Source: Isurus oxyrinchus (taxonomy: Eukaryota). Taken from it: a stretch of DNA of 64,000 nucleotides. The notes beneath the pieces are model-generated. The model was not told the origin of the DNA. It worked only from the letters and a program-made list of their open reading frames with translations, and did no database searches. The stretch's first letter is position 1. Each line of letters begins with the position of its first letter. Below, in pieces: positions 51,645 through 64,000 of the stretch. Location of the stretch: assembly GCA_026770705.1 (NCBI GenBank), contig JANJGN010000021.1:67208001-67272000 (forward strand), written 5' to 3'. The translations under genes and the position numbers were made by a program.

Positions 51645-52654
51645 TGTCAAGAAAACAATGAATTGTCAATTTTTTCTTCTGGTATTAACCCTGGCATATT
51701 TTCTTATGTACCAGAAGCCAGACAGTAATTGGATTAAGAGCAAGGGTCTAAAGTCACAGTAACAACGTCTTTTATATATTAATGAACCAAAAGGAACTTC
51801 AATCAGAGCTTTACATAAAGGAATAACAGGAACACATTTGAATTGAGTTCAGTTCTATTGAAGGGTCATGAGGACTCAAAACGTCAGCTCTTTTCTTCTC
51901 CACCGATGCTGCCAGAACTGCTGAGTTTTTCCAGGTAATTTTGTTTTTGTTTTGAATTGCGTTATTTTAGTTCAAAGGGGATATAGGCAGGTTGTAAAAA
52001 GGTGTAAGGCAATAAGGTAAAGTTAGGGTAAGTTAATGTTTACAAGTCTAAGAGCGAAAGTAAAGAACGATTTAATCAACTCCGGGAAGAAAGCATTCTG
52101 ACAAGACTGGTTAAGTTAATAGAGAGATCAAATGCATGTAAGGAAATATTGAGTCCCATATGAGAATGTAGCTGCTTAGACATCCCAGATGATAGCAGCA
52201 CAGCTCGTCAGAACTCCCAGAAGGCAGATTGAACAAGGTCAGACTGAACGAAGCAGTTGCTGTCAGCCTTAGAGGACACTCCAAGGAAAAACTCTGTGTG
52301 GTAATTTTGTGGGACTTCCATAAAGTCTAAAATCTATAAGGATAGTTGCTCAACAGAAAATGGAAAGGTTAGCTCTTAGGGTAGTTAAGATTCATGGAAC
52401 TGTTTCAACATACTGTTTACTGTGTGTAACCATCCTGTGTATTTAAGTGTAATTGCCTTTTATTTGTGATTGTTTATTTATTTAATAATCATTTACTTTA
52501 CTATAAAATCATCACAACTACTCGAAGGCGTCATTTTCTGATTTTTAGAACTGCTCCTCACAAGATACAACTTGCAAAAAGTGCTTTCCTAGCTGTTTCA
52601 TTTTCTCTCTGGGATTTGAGCAGCTCAGCATTTACCTTCTACCATGCCATAACA
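51645..52654 (+). mobile_element. Possible solo LTR (contains a family A PLE insert)
   Basis: TGTCAAG...CATAACA ends, flanks caag/cagg (one mismatch), AT-rich polyA-like region near 52480; boundaries uncertain. Confidence 0.35.
51850..51950 (+). mobile_element. Family A PLE mini-insert with 13-bp TSD (1 mismatch)
   Basis: tttgaattgagtt 51837-51849 / tttgaattgcgtt 51951-51963; begins at the hammerhead-like motif. Confidence 0.8.
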
Positions 52655-53464
52655 CAGGGATAACTTCTATTCTTTCGTCCCCTGTGTTATCAGTCTTAAA
52701 ATATACCTTGAAAATGGCATTATTCGCGAAATATAAAATATCTGTTCGAACCAGTATGATATGCTCCTAGTCATTGCATTATGCAGGCAATGCTTATGCA
52801 GGACTCAATCATTTTTACAAAAGATGATTTCTCTCTCTAAATATAAAACCATTGAGCAGGAAGGCACCCTCATCACACCACCACTACCCATACACTCCAA
52901 GTTTATTCAGTGACCTCCTTTGTGGGACCTTATCAAGTGCCTTCTGAAAACAGAAATGCACATCACCCATTGGTTCTCAATCAATGAGACAACGCTGTTC
53001 TCCCCTGCTCTTCATCCAACTCCTCCCGCATTCCTGCTTTAAAGTACCATGGTTGTGATTTTGGCTGCTCCTTTTGACAGTCATCAAACTGATCTTCAGA
53101 GAAGGGAATAACCTTGTCCTTATCATGGATGATCACTTCTTTTGAGGTTTACAGCATTCAGCCCAGCTACCCAATCATATCAGGCTTCAAATTAAAATTT
53201 GTTTATCTGGATGGCTTAGTCCTGCAACATAAATCGTGACTTTCCAAATATAATTGATATTTCTTTAACATGTCACTTACTGTTTGCAGATAAATGAATT
53301 TCGTGCTTCGAGTCACTGGTGAAGATACATCAAAGTTAGTCCAACAATAGATTTTCCATCATGTTGTTTACTCATTTAGAGAAAACATATTTAAGTGATG
53401 TATTGTGAACAGTGGATGGCTTTGGCATCCTCTAGTTGGCCCATTGAATAATTACACAATTATC

Positions 53465-55790
53465 AGAATCATAGAACCACAGAGTCACAGAATCACAGTG
53501 CAGAAGAGGCCATTCGGCCCATCAAACCTTCACCTGAGAAACACCTGACCTACCTACCTAGTCCCATTTACCAGTACTTGGCCCATAGCCTTGAATGTTA
53601 TGACGTGCCAAGTGCTCATCCAGGTACTTTGTAAAGGACATGAGGCAACCCACTTCAACCACCCTCCCTGGCAGTGCATTCCAGGTCGTCGCCACCCCCT
53701 GGGTAAAAAAAAATTCCTCACATCCCCCCTAAACCTCCTGCCCCTCATCTTACAGTCATGCCCCCTTGCGACTGACCCTTAAAATATGCGGAACAGCTGC
53801 TCCCTATCCACCCTCTCCATTCCCCTCATAATCTTGTACACCTCGATCAAGTCACCCCTCAGTCTTTTCTGCTTCAAGTAAAACCACTCAAGTCCATCCA
53901 ACCTCTCTTCATAACTTAAATGTTTCATCCCAGACAACATTCTGGTGAATCTCCTCTGCACCCCCTCCAGAGCAATCACATCTTTCCTCTAATGTGGCGA
54001 CCAGAACTGCACACAGTACTCCAGCTGTGGCCTCACCAAGGTTCTATGCAAATCCAACATGACCTCCCTACCTTTGGAAACTATGCCTCGATTGATAAAG
54101 GCAAGTGTCCCATATGTCTTTGTCACCACCCCACTAAGGTGACCTTCCACCTTCAGAGGTCTATGGACACATACAGCAAGGTCCCTTTGTTCCTCAGAAC
54201 TTCCTAGTGCCATGCCGTTCATTGAATTCTTCCATGTCAAATTACTCCTTCCAAAGTGTATCACCCCTCACTTTTCAGGGTTAAGTTCCATCTGCCATTT
54301 TTCTGCCCACTTGGCCATACCATCTATATCTTCCTGTAGCTCAAGACAGTCAACCTCACTGTTAAACACCCGGCCAATCTTTGTGTCATCCGCAAACTTA
54401 CTAATCCTAACCCCCACATTGTCATCCAAGTTATTTATATAAATGACAAACAATAGGGGACCAAGCACAGATCTCTGTGATAGCCACTGGACACTGGCTT
54501 CCAGTCACTAAAGCATCCTTCAGTCATCAAACCTCTGCCTCCTACAACTAACACAATTTTGAATGCACCTTATCAAATTACCCTGTGTCTCATGTGCATT
54601 TGCCTTCTTTATAAGTCTCCCATGTGGGACCTTGTCAAAGGTTTTGCTGACATCCACATAAACTACATCAACTGCACTGCACACATCAACACATCTGGTC
54701 ACCTCCACAAAAAATTCAATCAAATTTGATATGACCTCCCTCTGTCAAACCCATGCTGACTATCCCTGATCAAACCTTGCCTCTCCAAGTGGAGATAGAT
54801 ACTTTCCTTCAGAAATTTCCACAATACATTCCCGAGCACTGACGTGAGACTCACAGGCTTATAGTTCCCTAGCCTATCTCTACAACCATTCAAAAATAGC
54901 AGAACCACATTTCGCTGTACATCAGTCCTCTGGTATCTCCCCCGTAGTCAGAGAGGAATTGAAAATTCCAGTCAGAGCCCCTGCAATCTCCTCCCTTGCC
55001 TCCCTCAGCAGTCTGGGACAGAAATAATCCGGACTTGGAGATTTGTCCACTTTTAAGCCTACCAACACCTCCAATGCCTTGTCACTCCCAATGTCAATTT
55101 GCTTACGAATCTTGCAGTCTCTCTCCCCGAGTTCAATAACTTAATCCTCATTCTCTTGGGTGAAGACGCAAGTGAAGTATTCATTCAGCACTCTAGTGAT
55201 ATCCTCTGGCTCCATCCATAAATTGCTCCCTTGGTACATTTTGGGCCCTACTCTTTCCCTGGTTATTCTATTCCCATTGATAAACTTATAGAATATCTTG
55301 GGATTTTCCCTACTTTTACCAGCCAGAGCTTTCTCATATCCCCTCTTTGCTTTCCTAATTGCTTTCTTAAGCCCCACCCTGGACTGTCTGAATTCCACTA
55401 ATGATTTGCTGATTTGCTGATTTGCTTCTCTTGTTCCTTCTAAAAGCCTTTCTTTTCCTTCCCGTCATAAACTGAATATCTCTCGTCATCCATGGTTCTC
55501 TGGGCTTGTCAGTCCTTCCTATCACCCTGGAAGAAACATGTTGAGCTTCTACCCTCCCCATTTTCTTTTTGAACAGCCTTCACTTTAGTTCTGTGGATTT
55601 CCCCACAAGTAACTCTTCCCAGTCTATTTTGGCCAGATCCTGCCGTTTTTTTACTAAAATCCACTGTCCCCCAATTCAAAACATTTTTTTTTTGCAACTT
55701 GTCGATTTCTTTGGCCATAACAAACCTAAACTGTACCATGTTTTGCTCACTATTGCTAAAATGCTCGCCCACCAACACCTCAGCCACCTG
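53465..55790 (-). mobile_element. CR1 LINE (same subfamily as 38163-41243), decayed ORF2
   Basis: LGPLLFVIYINNLDDNVGVRISKFADDTKIG, RPQLEYCVQFWSPH, QHGF, FDKVPHGRL; tail agaatcatagaaccacagagtcacagaatcacag. Confidence 0.93.
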
Positions 55791-55879
55791 TCACTAAAAT
55801 CAGCAGATATTACATTAATCCCAGATTTTTTTCGGATACTTTGGGGAAAATTACAAAAACATTGTTCTCTTCACTGATG

Positions 55880-56385
55880 TGAAATGGACGTCTCTGGCAA
55901 GAATACCATTCTTTGGTGGCCCCTAATTACCTTTGTATTGATGTTGTTGAGCCTTTTCCTCGAACATATCCAATATATGTGTTGTTGGTACAACCAATGT
56001 GTTATTCATTAGGGGGTTCTGAAATTTAAAGCAAATGACAAAGAGGAGTCAATCAAATATTTTCAATTTAATATCATCTATTACATCATGGGTGAATTAC
56101 TGATGGCGCTGTTCACATGCATGCACTCCCTTTGTCAATCTGCGTGGTGGGGTTCATAGCAATGGAATGTACATTCTCAGGAGACTTGGTGATCTTCTGC
56201 AGTACATGCTGTACTTGGCACACACTGCTGCCTCTGCGGGAGGCGGGAGGAAGTACTTAAGGTAGTGGAGCGGCTGCATTCTAAGCTGGCCGAGATTTCC
56301 TGGATAGTGTTGAGCTTTTTGAGAGCTGTTGGAGCTGAGGCGAGTGTAGAAAATTCTGTCACATTCCTAGTTGAGCCTTGCAAAG
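55880..56385 (-). mobile_element. Non-LTR retroelement 3' fragment (family of 62330-63010)
   Basis: TRNVTEFSTLASAPTALKKLNTIQEISASL resembles the RT C-terminal motif 'RSVMEY..AAPTTLKKLDTIQ'. Confidence 0.55.
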
Positions 56386-56399
56386 GTTGGGGAGTGCCC

Positions 56400-57320
56400 A
56401 TTTGCCTCCTCCAACCTCACCCTCCAAAGGCCCAATTACTCCTTTCAGGTGATGCAGTGATTCACTAGCACCCACTTCAAATTAGTCAACTGCATCTGCT
56501 GCTCCCAATGTGGTCTCTTCTACATCGGAGAGTCCAAATGCAATCTGGGTGGCCGCTTTTAGGAACACGTCCAGTCTGGCTGCAAGCATGACCCAAAGCT
56601 TCCAGTCACTTGCCATTTCAACACGTCATCTTACTCTCATGCCCACATGCCCGTCCTTGGCCAGCTGCAATGTTCCACTAAAGCCCAATGCAAACTGGAA
56701 GAACAGCACCTCATCTTCCGTTTAGACACCTTCCAGCCTCCAGGACTTAACATTGAGTTCAGCAACTTCAGACCATGAACTGTGTTCTCCAAACTCACCA
56801 TCCTTTTTAACTGCCTTTTGTTCCACATTCATTTTTATTTTTTATCCACTTACTTAATTTTTACTCATTTATCCGTGGTATTCTCCCCTTTTTTATCCCA
56901 TTTTCTATCCTTCTTCCCCACCACGGTCCCTTCCCCCCACCCCATCCTCCACAGGGCAATCTGCTGCTTCTTCCATGTTGTTCTTTCATACAATGCTATC
57001 TTGTTCTGCTCTAATCACTTTCTGATTTCTTACCTTAATGCCACTTTTCACACCTTGTGTAGCACTAACCACGACCATCACCAGTCCCTTTGCACTTCAG
57101 TTCATGACATTTCTTGTCAATCTTTCCTTTGCCCACCAATCTCTGGCCTTCTATCCAGTTCCACCTGCCCCACCCTCTTAAACAATATGCATATATTCAC
57201 ATTTCCATTCCCCTTCAGCTCTGAAGAGAGGTGATATAGACTCGAAACTTTAACTCTGTTTCTCTCTCCACAGATGCTGCTAGACCTGATGGGTTTTTCC
57301 AGCACTTTCTGTTTTTTTTC
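56400..57320 (+). mobile_element. Penelope-like element (family B): GIY-YIG endonuclease remnant plus 3' pLTR
   Basis: ..SFQV.Q*FTST..LVNCICCSQCGLFYIGESKCNLGGRF.EH.. and KLEEQHLIFRLDTFQPPGLNIEF; pLTR ends gatgctgctagacctgatgggtttttccagcactttctg. Confidence 0.88.
57217..57255 (+). ncRNA. Degenerate minimal hammerhead motif with canonical CUGAAGA core (family B pLTR)
   Basis: agct-CTGAAGA-gaggtgatatagactc-GAAAC-ttt-aact; stems partly mutated. Confidence 0.45.
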
Positions 57321-57829
57321 TGGGGAGCGTTCCATCTGGCTTCTCTGCCCAAGCCTGAACATTGTCCAGATTTTCTTTCTTTCCATCAACAACTATTTCA
57401 TAGGCTGAGGAGTTATGAATGTAACTGAACACTGCAATCAACAGTAAATGCCCCACTTTCCGACTTTGTGATAAAATGAAAAATGTTGATGAAGGTGTTT
57501 TCCCTGGAATCTGACCTGAGAAACCCTTACATTGCTGCCCCTAGCTGAGACAATTGACTCCAACAAACTGAACCAATTTCATTTCTTCTAATTATTAGTG
57601 GAGTCAGTGGAGTGATTTCTCTCTGATCACATAGGTTTAAACTTTATTGGAGATCTTTGAAGGCACTGACGGTAAAACTTTACCTTGATGTCAAAGGCTG
57701 TCTCTCTCATCCCAGCCCTGGAATGTGGCACGAAAGCTGTAATGATGTCCAGAGCCAATTACTTTTGGAATGCATTAAATTTAACATCGTTGTGCCGGTT
57801 ATTCCTGGATAAATGCCATTTGTCCGACT

Positions 57830-59060
57830 TATTGGTCCGTTGAGGTGAACATGACAATAACAACCATCATGAGTGTTTGGTGGGTTCCCGACGGATGCGT
57901 TCGGGACTGCTAAGACCAATCTTCACGAGAAACATTCTGCTACAAATGGGAAAGTTTAATGCAGATTTGGACGAGTTGCTGGCTCAGGATTTTCACTCCT
58001 TGTGTATTTCTTTTTTCTCTGTCTCTAGTGTGAGCTTGCCTTCTAAGGAGGCAGTGTGGAATTTTACATTGTTTGCGCCAGGCGAACAATCCTGCACGAA
58101 CATCTCCCAGGCCTCAAAACTTATCAGTGAATCATTCAGTGTGTCCTTGTAGCATTTTACTTGACCGTCATGTGAGGCATAGACCAGATTTAAGTTTTCC
58201 ATCAAAGATTCACTTTGGTAAGTGAGTTTTCTGGAAACACGACCTGTCAAAATCAGGTGGTGTCCATGTTAATATGGTGTGAATTTTTCACATGGAATCT
58301 CATCTGAGCGAAAGAGTGTTTGGAATTTTGCCCTGCAATCTGAAATCAGAAACTTCCCAAGGCAACTGATCTTGAAATGGCTGAGCTTCTTGGCATTCAG
58401 TTAATACACATCCCAAAAGGGTGCATGCAGCAGAGTGGGCAGGAGAATTGCTCTATACATTCTGCGCTTCTTCTTTCCCAAACCCATTTCGAAGTCTGTC
58501 TAGGCTTGCTTTGTTTGGACTGTGAACTATTGCGAAGAATTTCTCAGGGCAGCTGGACTTCTCCATTGCCTCTAAAGGCCCATTACTTCTAACTATGCCC
58601 AAGGCATTGGTCAGAACAAGAAACTTGGTTCAGAGATCCATGTTCTTTGTTGACATTTGTTTTGTCATTTCCTATCTGAAACAGCATATCCGCAGTTCCT
58701 CGCCTTTACCCCCCTGAAACTCTGCTGAATAGCAGGCAGCAAATCCTGGTGAAGTTGTTGCAGAAAGCGTTTTGGAGGATAATGCAAAATACTTTGCCGG
58801 CAATGGAGAGGTGAGATGCATCTAGGCATCTCATTTATCGATAGTTTGTCGAGTTCCTCTCCACTTGTACCTATGGGCAATGGGGGATTCTTTGTATTGT
58901 TGCGGGATGGTCTCTTGTTTCCACACGCTGTGAAAGAGTTCAGTGCACTCCTTGACCCAGCATTGCCTGCCAGTCTTTGCTGGAATATTGTCAATTCCCG
59001 GAGATTTGCTGCTATGAAGCAGATTGAGGCTGCTCTCTTCCCCTGTTCAGATTAATCTGT
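57830..59060 (-). mobile_element. RTE-clade LINE relic (RT N-terminal part + C-terminus, internally deleted)
   Basis: Minus-strand RCIS..AGKV, LTNALGIVRSNG..MEKSSCPEKFFAIV, GQVKCYKDTLNDSL..WE..QD, and terminal PICSRMF..IGLSS zinc-finger remnant. Confidence 0.75.
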
Positions 59061-60894
59061 ATGCTGGATCTTATGTGGCAGCACTTGCGTCATTTATGTT
59101 TTGTTCTATATATTTAATAAACTCGTACAAGAAATAGGTTTCATGCTTCAGCTGCTGAGTTGTTACAGGAACACTTACATTTATTCTGTGACACAGAATA
59201 TGTTCAAAGAGTAGTTTAAAAATGTGCTGCAATCTCCCTAAGCTTTCATTGTAACAATATTTAAATGATGAGAGAACCTGAAGAAAATCAAGCACTTGAT
59301 CAGTTTTCTTTCATTTTCTCATCGACTTGTTTCTCCCCTGGGTCAGTAATATCAGTTAACATGGAAGCACTGAAATGTTGTTTAAATAATTTACAAACAC
59401 AAGAGATCGAAGAAGAAAAGGAAAACAATCCCCCTAATTAACAACTGTACAGGGACAAAACGTTCATATTATTCCGCTCTCTGAAACAATGTGCACATCG
59501 TAAATCACCAGAAGAAATACATTGTGAACTGGAAAAGAACATTCACAATGACTCCAGAAAAAAACAAAACCCTGACAGAGGCCTTGGGTTAATATTAACT
59601 CACTCACTGAGGCACTCTGTCCTTACCAATACAGTGACAAAATCTGAGGTAAACATAGGAAATAATACTTCTACAGACTCTTGGTTCACGTGCAAAATTA
59701 AATTCTAAACATTAACCCAAGCCCAAGGTAAATGTTCAATAATTCACAGAACGCCCTGCACACATTAAAACAGTGCCAGCACCATCCTTTCCACAAAGAC
59801 AATCGTGCTCACATTACCATTAAATATTAACAAATTTTCAGAGACTGTTGATCCATTGAAGCACACTATCAGTAGCTTCGTCTACGAAAATTTCAAACTC
59901 TTTGGCTCATTCTCTCTCTCTTTCTCTCTCTCTCTCCACTCCCCGCTCTCTGTCTACTTCTCTCTTTTGTTACCTTTGTTTTTTATTATCTTTCTAAGCC
60001 CCACTGGCAAACATTTTGATCGTGTATTTAGATCCCTGTTTCTAATTAATAATTGATCTTCAATTTTAAATTTTACCCAACCCATTTCAGCTTCTCTTTA
60101 AAGCACCTTCAAAAGAAAACTTTTATAACCACTTTGGTTTTTGATTCTTATTCTTATTTCTCAACATCTTTGTGAATCTCGTTTTTCAAAGACCTTTACT
60201 GAACCGATTTTAAACGCTGGTAAACCAACATGGGTGAGGAAAACCTAAAACGCTGGATTTCGCATCACCTGCGGCAGGTCACCTCTTTACACCTGGAAGA
60301 TCATACTCAATAATGAATTCCCAATCTAACAGCAAGGGAAAAAATAAAACGCACAGAGATAGTGGTAGCGATTAGACAGATTGATAATAGCCATAGGCAC
60401 ATGGTTGTACTGAGCGCCATGCACTAATCACGGAGTAAGATGTCATCTCACAGTGGTCCACAGCAGAGTAGCATAATCAAAGCTCCATTACTTGCCTATG
60501 CGCGATGATTTTTCATCACCCGTTATTGAACACACCTCATCAACCCCACTAATATGGCCTCATAGTATATAGCACTGCAAACAACAGGAAGGTCAATCCC
60601 CGGCTTCTGCACACAGAACGGTTCTCAACTGGTGTGTTACCGAATCAGGATTAGAGAGCACAAAAATCCCATGGCCCAACTGTTCAGTCTCCTGAGTGAG
60701 CTGTCTCACCGTTTGAGGTACGGAATTCCTCATTCCAAGCACAGGAAGATTCCAGCTGCTATTACATTGTATGGTAAGCAGCTCAGAGCCTGCTAACAGT
60801 CTCAATCAGTGGCCTTGGCTCAGGAAAATGTTCCCAAGTGTTATAGCAACAGACAGAAATTGCAGTTTAGGTCACAATCAAACAAGAAGTTACG

Positions 60895-61038
60895 TGAGTT
60901 CTGTGGAAGGGTCATGGGACTCAAAATGTTAACTCTTTTCTTCTCCACCGATGCTGCCAGACCTGCTCAGTTTTTCCATGTAATTCTGTTTTTGTTCTGG
61001 ATTTCCAGCATCCGCAGTTTTTTGTTTTTATTTTTATT
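60895..61038 (+). mobile_element. Family A PLE mini-insert with 11-bp TSD
   Basis: aagaagttacg at 60884-60894 and 61039-61049; starts at the hammerhead-like motif. Confidence 0.85.
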
Positions 61039-62329
61039 AAGAAGTTACGATGGGTCATTACTGGGATGAACTGTTACCCTCAGCTTGAATTTAAAGAGTG
61101 ACACCATTCTGCAATATCAGTGGTTCACACTGACCCCGAGCTTGAATGTGGATCAAGAGTTGGGTCTGCATCTCACAGAGCAGCACAGGCTTCAAGGTCA
61201 ATTGTTAACGGAAAATCACTTTTTCCTTCTCACCAATCAGCCGTTAACCTGAGCGTGTATGTCAATATAGAGAAGCTTCAGCAGTTTCAATGAGCGACAC
61301 TGACAATGAGTTTGGATGTCAAGGAAAAGGCCAATCTCCAGCCTCAGTGTCGCACACAGACCCTGAGCTCGAGGAATGGATGTCTGCAGTTTCTCGGGCT
61401 AGCAGATATTCGGAGCTTTGATGCAAAAATAGAGATACTTTTGCTGTTGCACAAAGGCACATTGACCACGAGCTAGGTATGAAATATAGATGAATAAGTG
61501 GGCATTGCCAACACCCCATCATTCCCAATAAAAAGCACAACGGCTAAAGGCGAACAGGTCACTCATGTCTGGTAATGTGCTTCTCATTGTTTCCTTATCT
61601 CTCTTTTACATTTAAAGACATAATGTTAAATTCGTGATGTGGCGCACCCTCTGATAAATGTCCCAACAGTTATACAATAAAATTGCCGCCGTGTACAAAG
61701 GTAAAAACTGCATTAAAAAGGAGGGCTCAAAAGACGCGTTATTAAATGGGTTAGGATGGAAGTTTATAAAACATTAGATAATTTAAAATGATGATGAAAA
61801 TGTGTTTTATTTGCTGCATAAACATCGCTTGCAGAGATTTTAAAAGTGATGTAAAAAACAATTAAGTAAAGGTCGTTGGAAATGAGATTTATAAAGCTTT
61901 TCAGAAATCAAAAGTGAAAAATAAAATCAAACTACTTCTAAAAGTGTCCCTGTGAAGGTCTTTAAATAGAGAAGCTGCAATAGGCTGTGCGAAATTTAAA
62001 ATTGAGGGTTAAATAGTGATTAAAGCAGTGAACTAATAATAGTTTTAACAAGCTTTTCAGAGTAATTGAGAAAGACAGGAAGCAATCTATAAGGAAATGA
62101 GCGACAGAGAGAGAGAAAGAGAGAGAGACAGAGAGTGAGATCTACATATAATGAGGGGGATGAAATTGGGCAGGGAAATAGAGAGAGAAAAGAGAATTAG
62201 ACAGAGAGAGGCAAACAATGGGATAAAGAATGAGGATAGAGAGAAATTGAAACGAAGAAAATGCATGGGCAGAAAGTAAAATACAGCAACAAAGGAACAT
62301 AATGAAATAAAGATAGAATTAACACACAT

Positions 62330-63010
62330 ATTTCCGACAATGGCCATCTCCAATTTAGAGAGGTTCTAACCATCTCTCCTTTACATCCAATGGCATTACC
62401 ATCGCCTAATTCTCCTCTATCAACATCATGGGAATTAGCATTGACAAGAAACTGAACTGGACTAGCCTTATACATACTGTGGCAACAAGGGACAAGGCTG
62501 AAACACTGCAGCGACTTTCCAAAGTATGTCCACCATTTATGTTTCAAAAGTCAGCAGTGTGCTCCGTCTACAAGATCCACTGCTCAGCAAGGCTCCTTAG
62601 GCCCCACCTTCTACAACCACAATCACTAAGATTTGGAAGGACAAAGGCACCAGACAAGTTCTGTCGAAGGGTCATGAGGACTCGAAACATCAACTCTTTT
62701 CTTCTCCGCCGATGCTGCCAGACCTGCTGAGTTTTTCCAGGTAATTCTGTTTTTGTTTAGGCACTTGGGAGTACCATCACCTAGACATTCCCCTCCAAGC
62801 CACTCAACATCTTGACTCGGAAATATGTGGCCGCTCCTCCACTATCTCTGGGCAAAATTCCTGGATCTCCCTTCCTAACAGCACTGTGGGTTCATCTACG
62901 CCACAGGGGCTGTAACAGTTCAAAGATGCAGATTGCCACCATCTTCTCAAGGGCAACTAGGGATAGGCAGTGAATTCTGTCTCAGCCAGCGAACCCCATA
63001 TCCCATGAAT
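62330..63010 (+). mobile_element. Non-LTR retroelement 3' end (CR1-group, clade not assigned), interrupted by a PLE insert
   Basis: INIMGISIDKKLNWTSLI..VATR RT C-terminal remnant; 3' UTR ttcccctccaagccactcaacatcttgactcggaaatat.. Confidence 0.65.
62656..62758 (+). mobile_element. Family A PLE mini-insert retaining the probable ancestral core CTGTCGA
   Basis: agttctgtcgaagggtcatgaggactcgaaacatcaactc...; possible short TSD aggcac. Confidence 0.8.
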
Positions 63011-63139
63011 GCTTATATGTATAAAAGATACCGAGCAAGAGAGAGAATGTGTGGCAGTGAGAAAGAGAGAAAGATCAGGCAGTGAAGAGCGAGCCGTACT
63101 CTGCATGTTACACGTTCTGTACTCAGAATCGTAGACTCA

Positions 63140-64000
63140 TCAAATAGTTGGAGGACAGAAGGAGACAATTTGGCCGTTTGTATCCACACCAGGTGTTTGA
63201 AAGTAACTCACCTTATCACACAACCCCTCCTTTTTGGCATAGCCCTACATTTCATTTCTCTTCAAATAATTAACCAATTGTATTTTGAAAGCCTTGAGCC
63301 AATTTTTGTCCACCACATTCTCATGCAGTGCATTTCAGATTCCAATCACTCGTTTTGTGAGGAAAATCCTCAACTCGCCATAACTTCTTTTTCACACACA
63401 TTCAATCGTCATTCGCTATACCTTTATACTTAAGCAAATGGAAATAATGTCCCCCTTCTACTCTGACAAGTCCCCACATGATTTTGAACGCCACCATTAA
63501 CTCTCCTCTTACTTTACTGCTATAAGTAGAACAGCCCAGACCCTCTAATATATTATTGTACTTTTATTACTCCATCCATCGAATCATTCTTGATAATCTT
63601 TTTTGCATGCTCTCTTTAGCCTTCCTATCCATCCTAACATGTGGTTACCCGAATTTTACACAATACTCAAGTTGAGGTCAAAGAGGGTTATTTTTTCACA
63701 AAGATCTTTCTCATAGCTCCCTTACTTTTGTACTCGCTTTCTCTGCATATAATGCCCTCAGGATGCTGTATGCTTTATTCAATGTGTTTTCAATCTGCCC
63801 TGCCACCTTTAATTATTTTTGCACAACTACCCTCAGGTTGCCGATTTTGTGCAATCATAATTGCATTATAATTGTTTAAAAATGTATTTTGCCTTTCCTC
63901 TTGATTCCAAGAAAAATGAACCCTTCATAGTTATTTGCATTAAATCCAAGTTGCCACTTTGTCTGCCCATTCCACCATTGTATGTCGTTTGGACCTTATT
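63140..64000 (-). mobile_element. Degraded CR1 3' fragment
   Basis: Reverse PQLEYCV-like motif (~63660-63680), WNAL-like motif (~63325) and 3' UTR remnants. Confidence 0.65.

Overview
Eukaryotic, repeat-dominated DNA, most likely from a cartilaginous fish (shark). This is inferred from the repeat families I recognise (CR1/HER1-type LINEs, DeuSINE, Penelope pLTRs, a ~68-bp shark tandem repeat) and from a GPR139-like receptor; I cannot fix the species. Bases ~101-13370 are a 25-bp satellite with nested higher-order structure, interrupted by a Penelope-like element (PLE). The only intact host gene I can support is a two-exon class A GPCR of the GPR139-like family (31553-31622 + 33030-33964, 334 aa). 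A decayed paralogue lies 15.4 kb upstream (16161-17822) and shares promoter, intron and 3' flank with it. The rest is mostly decayed CR1 LINEs, three PLE families, an RTE relic, one clear solo LTR and low-complexity tracts. The most unusual signal is a family of short PLE-derived inserts, several TSD-flanked and two foldback. They carry a minimal type I hammerhead-ribozyme fold, and all 8 copies that retain the core have U at the normally invariant A6 (CUGUNGA). Almost all short ORFs in the supplied track are artefacts of repeats.
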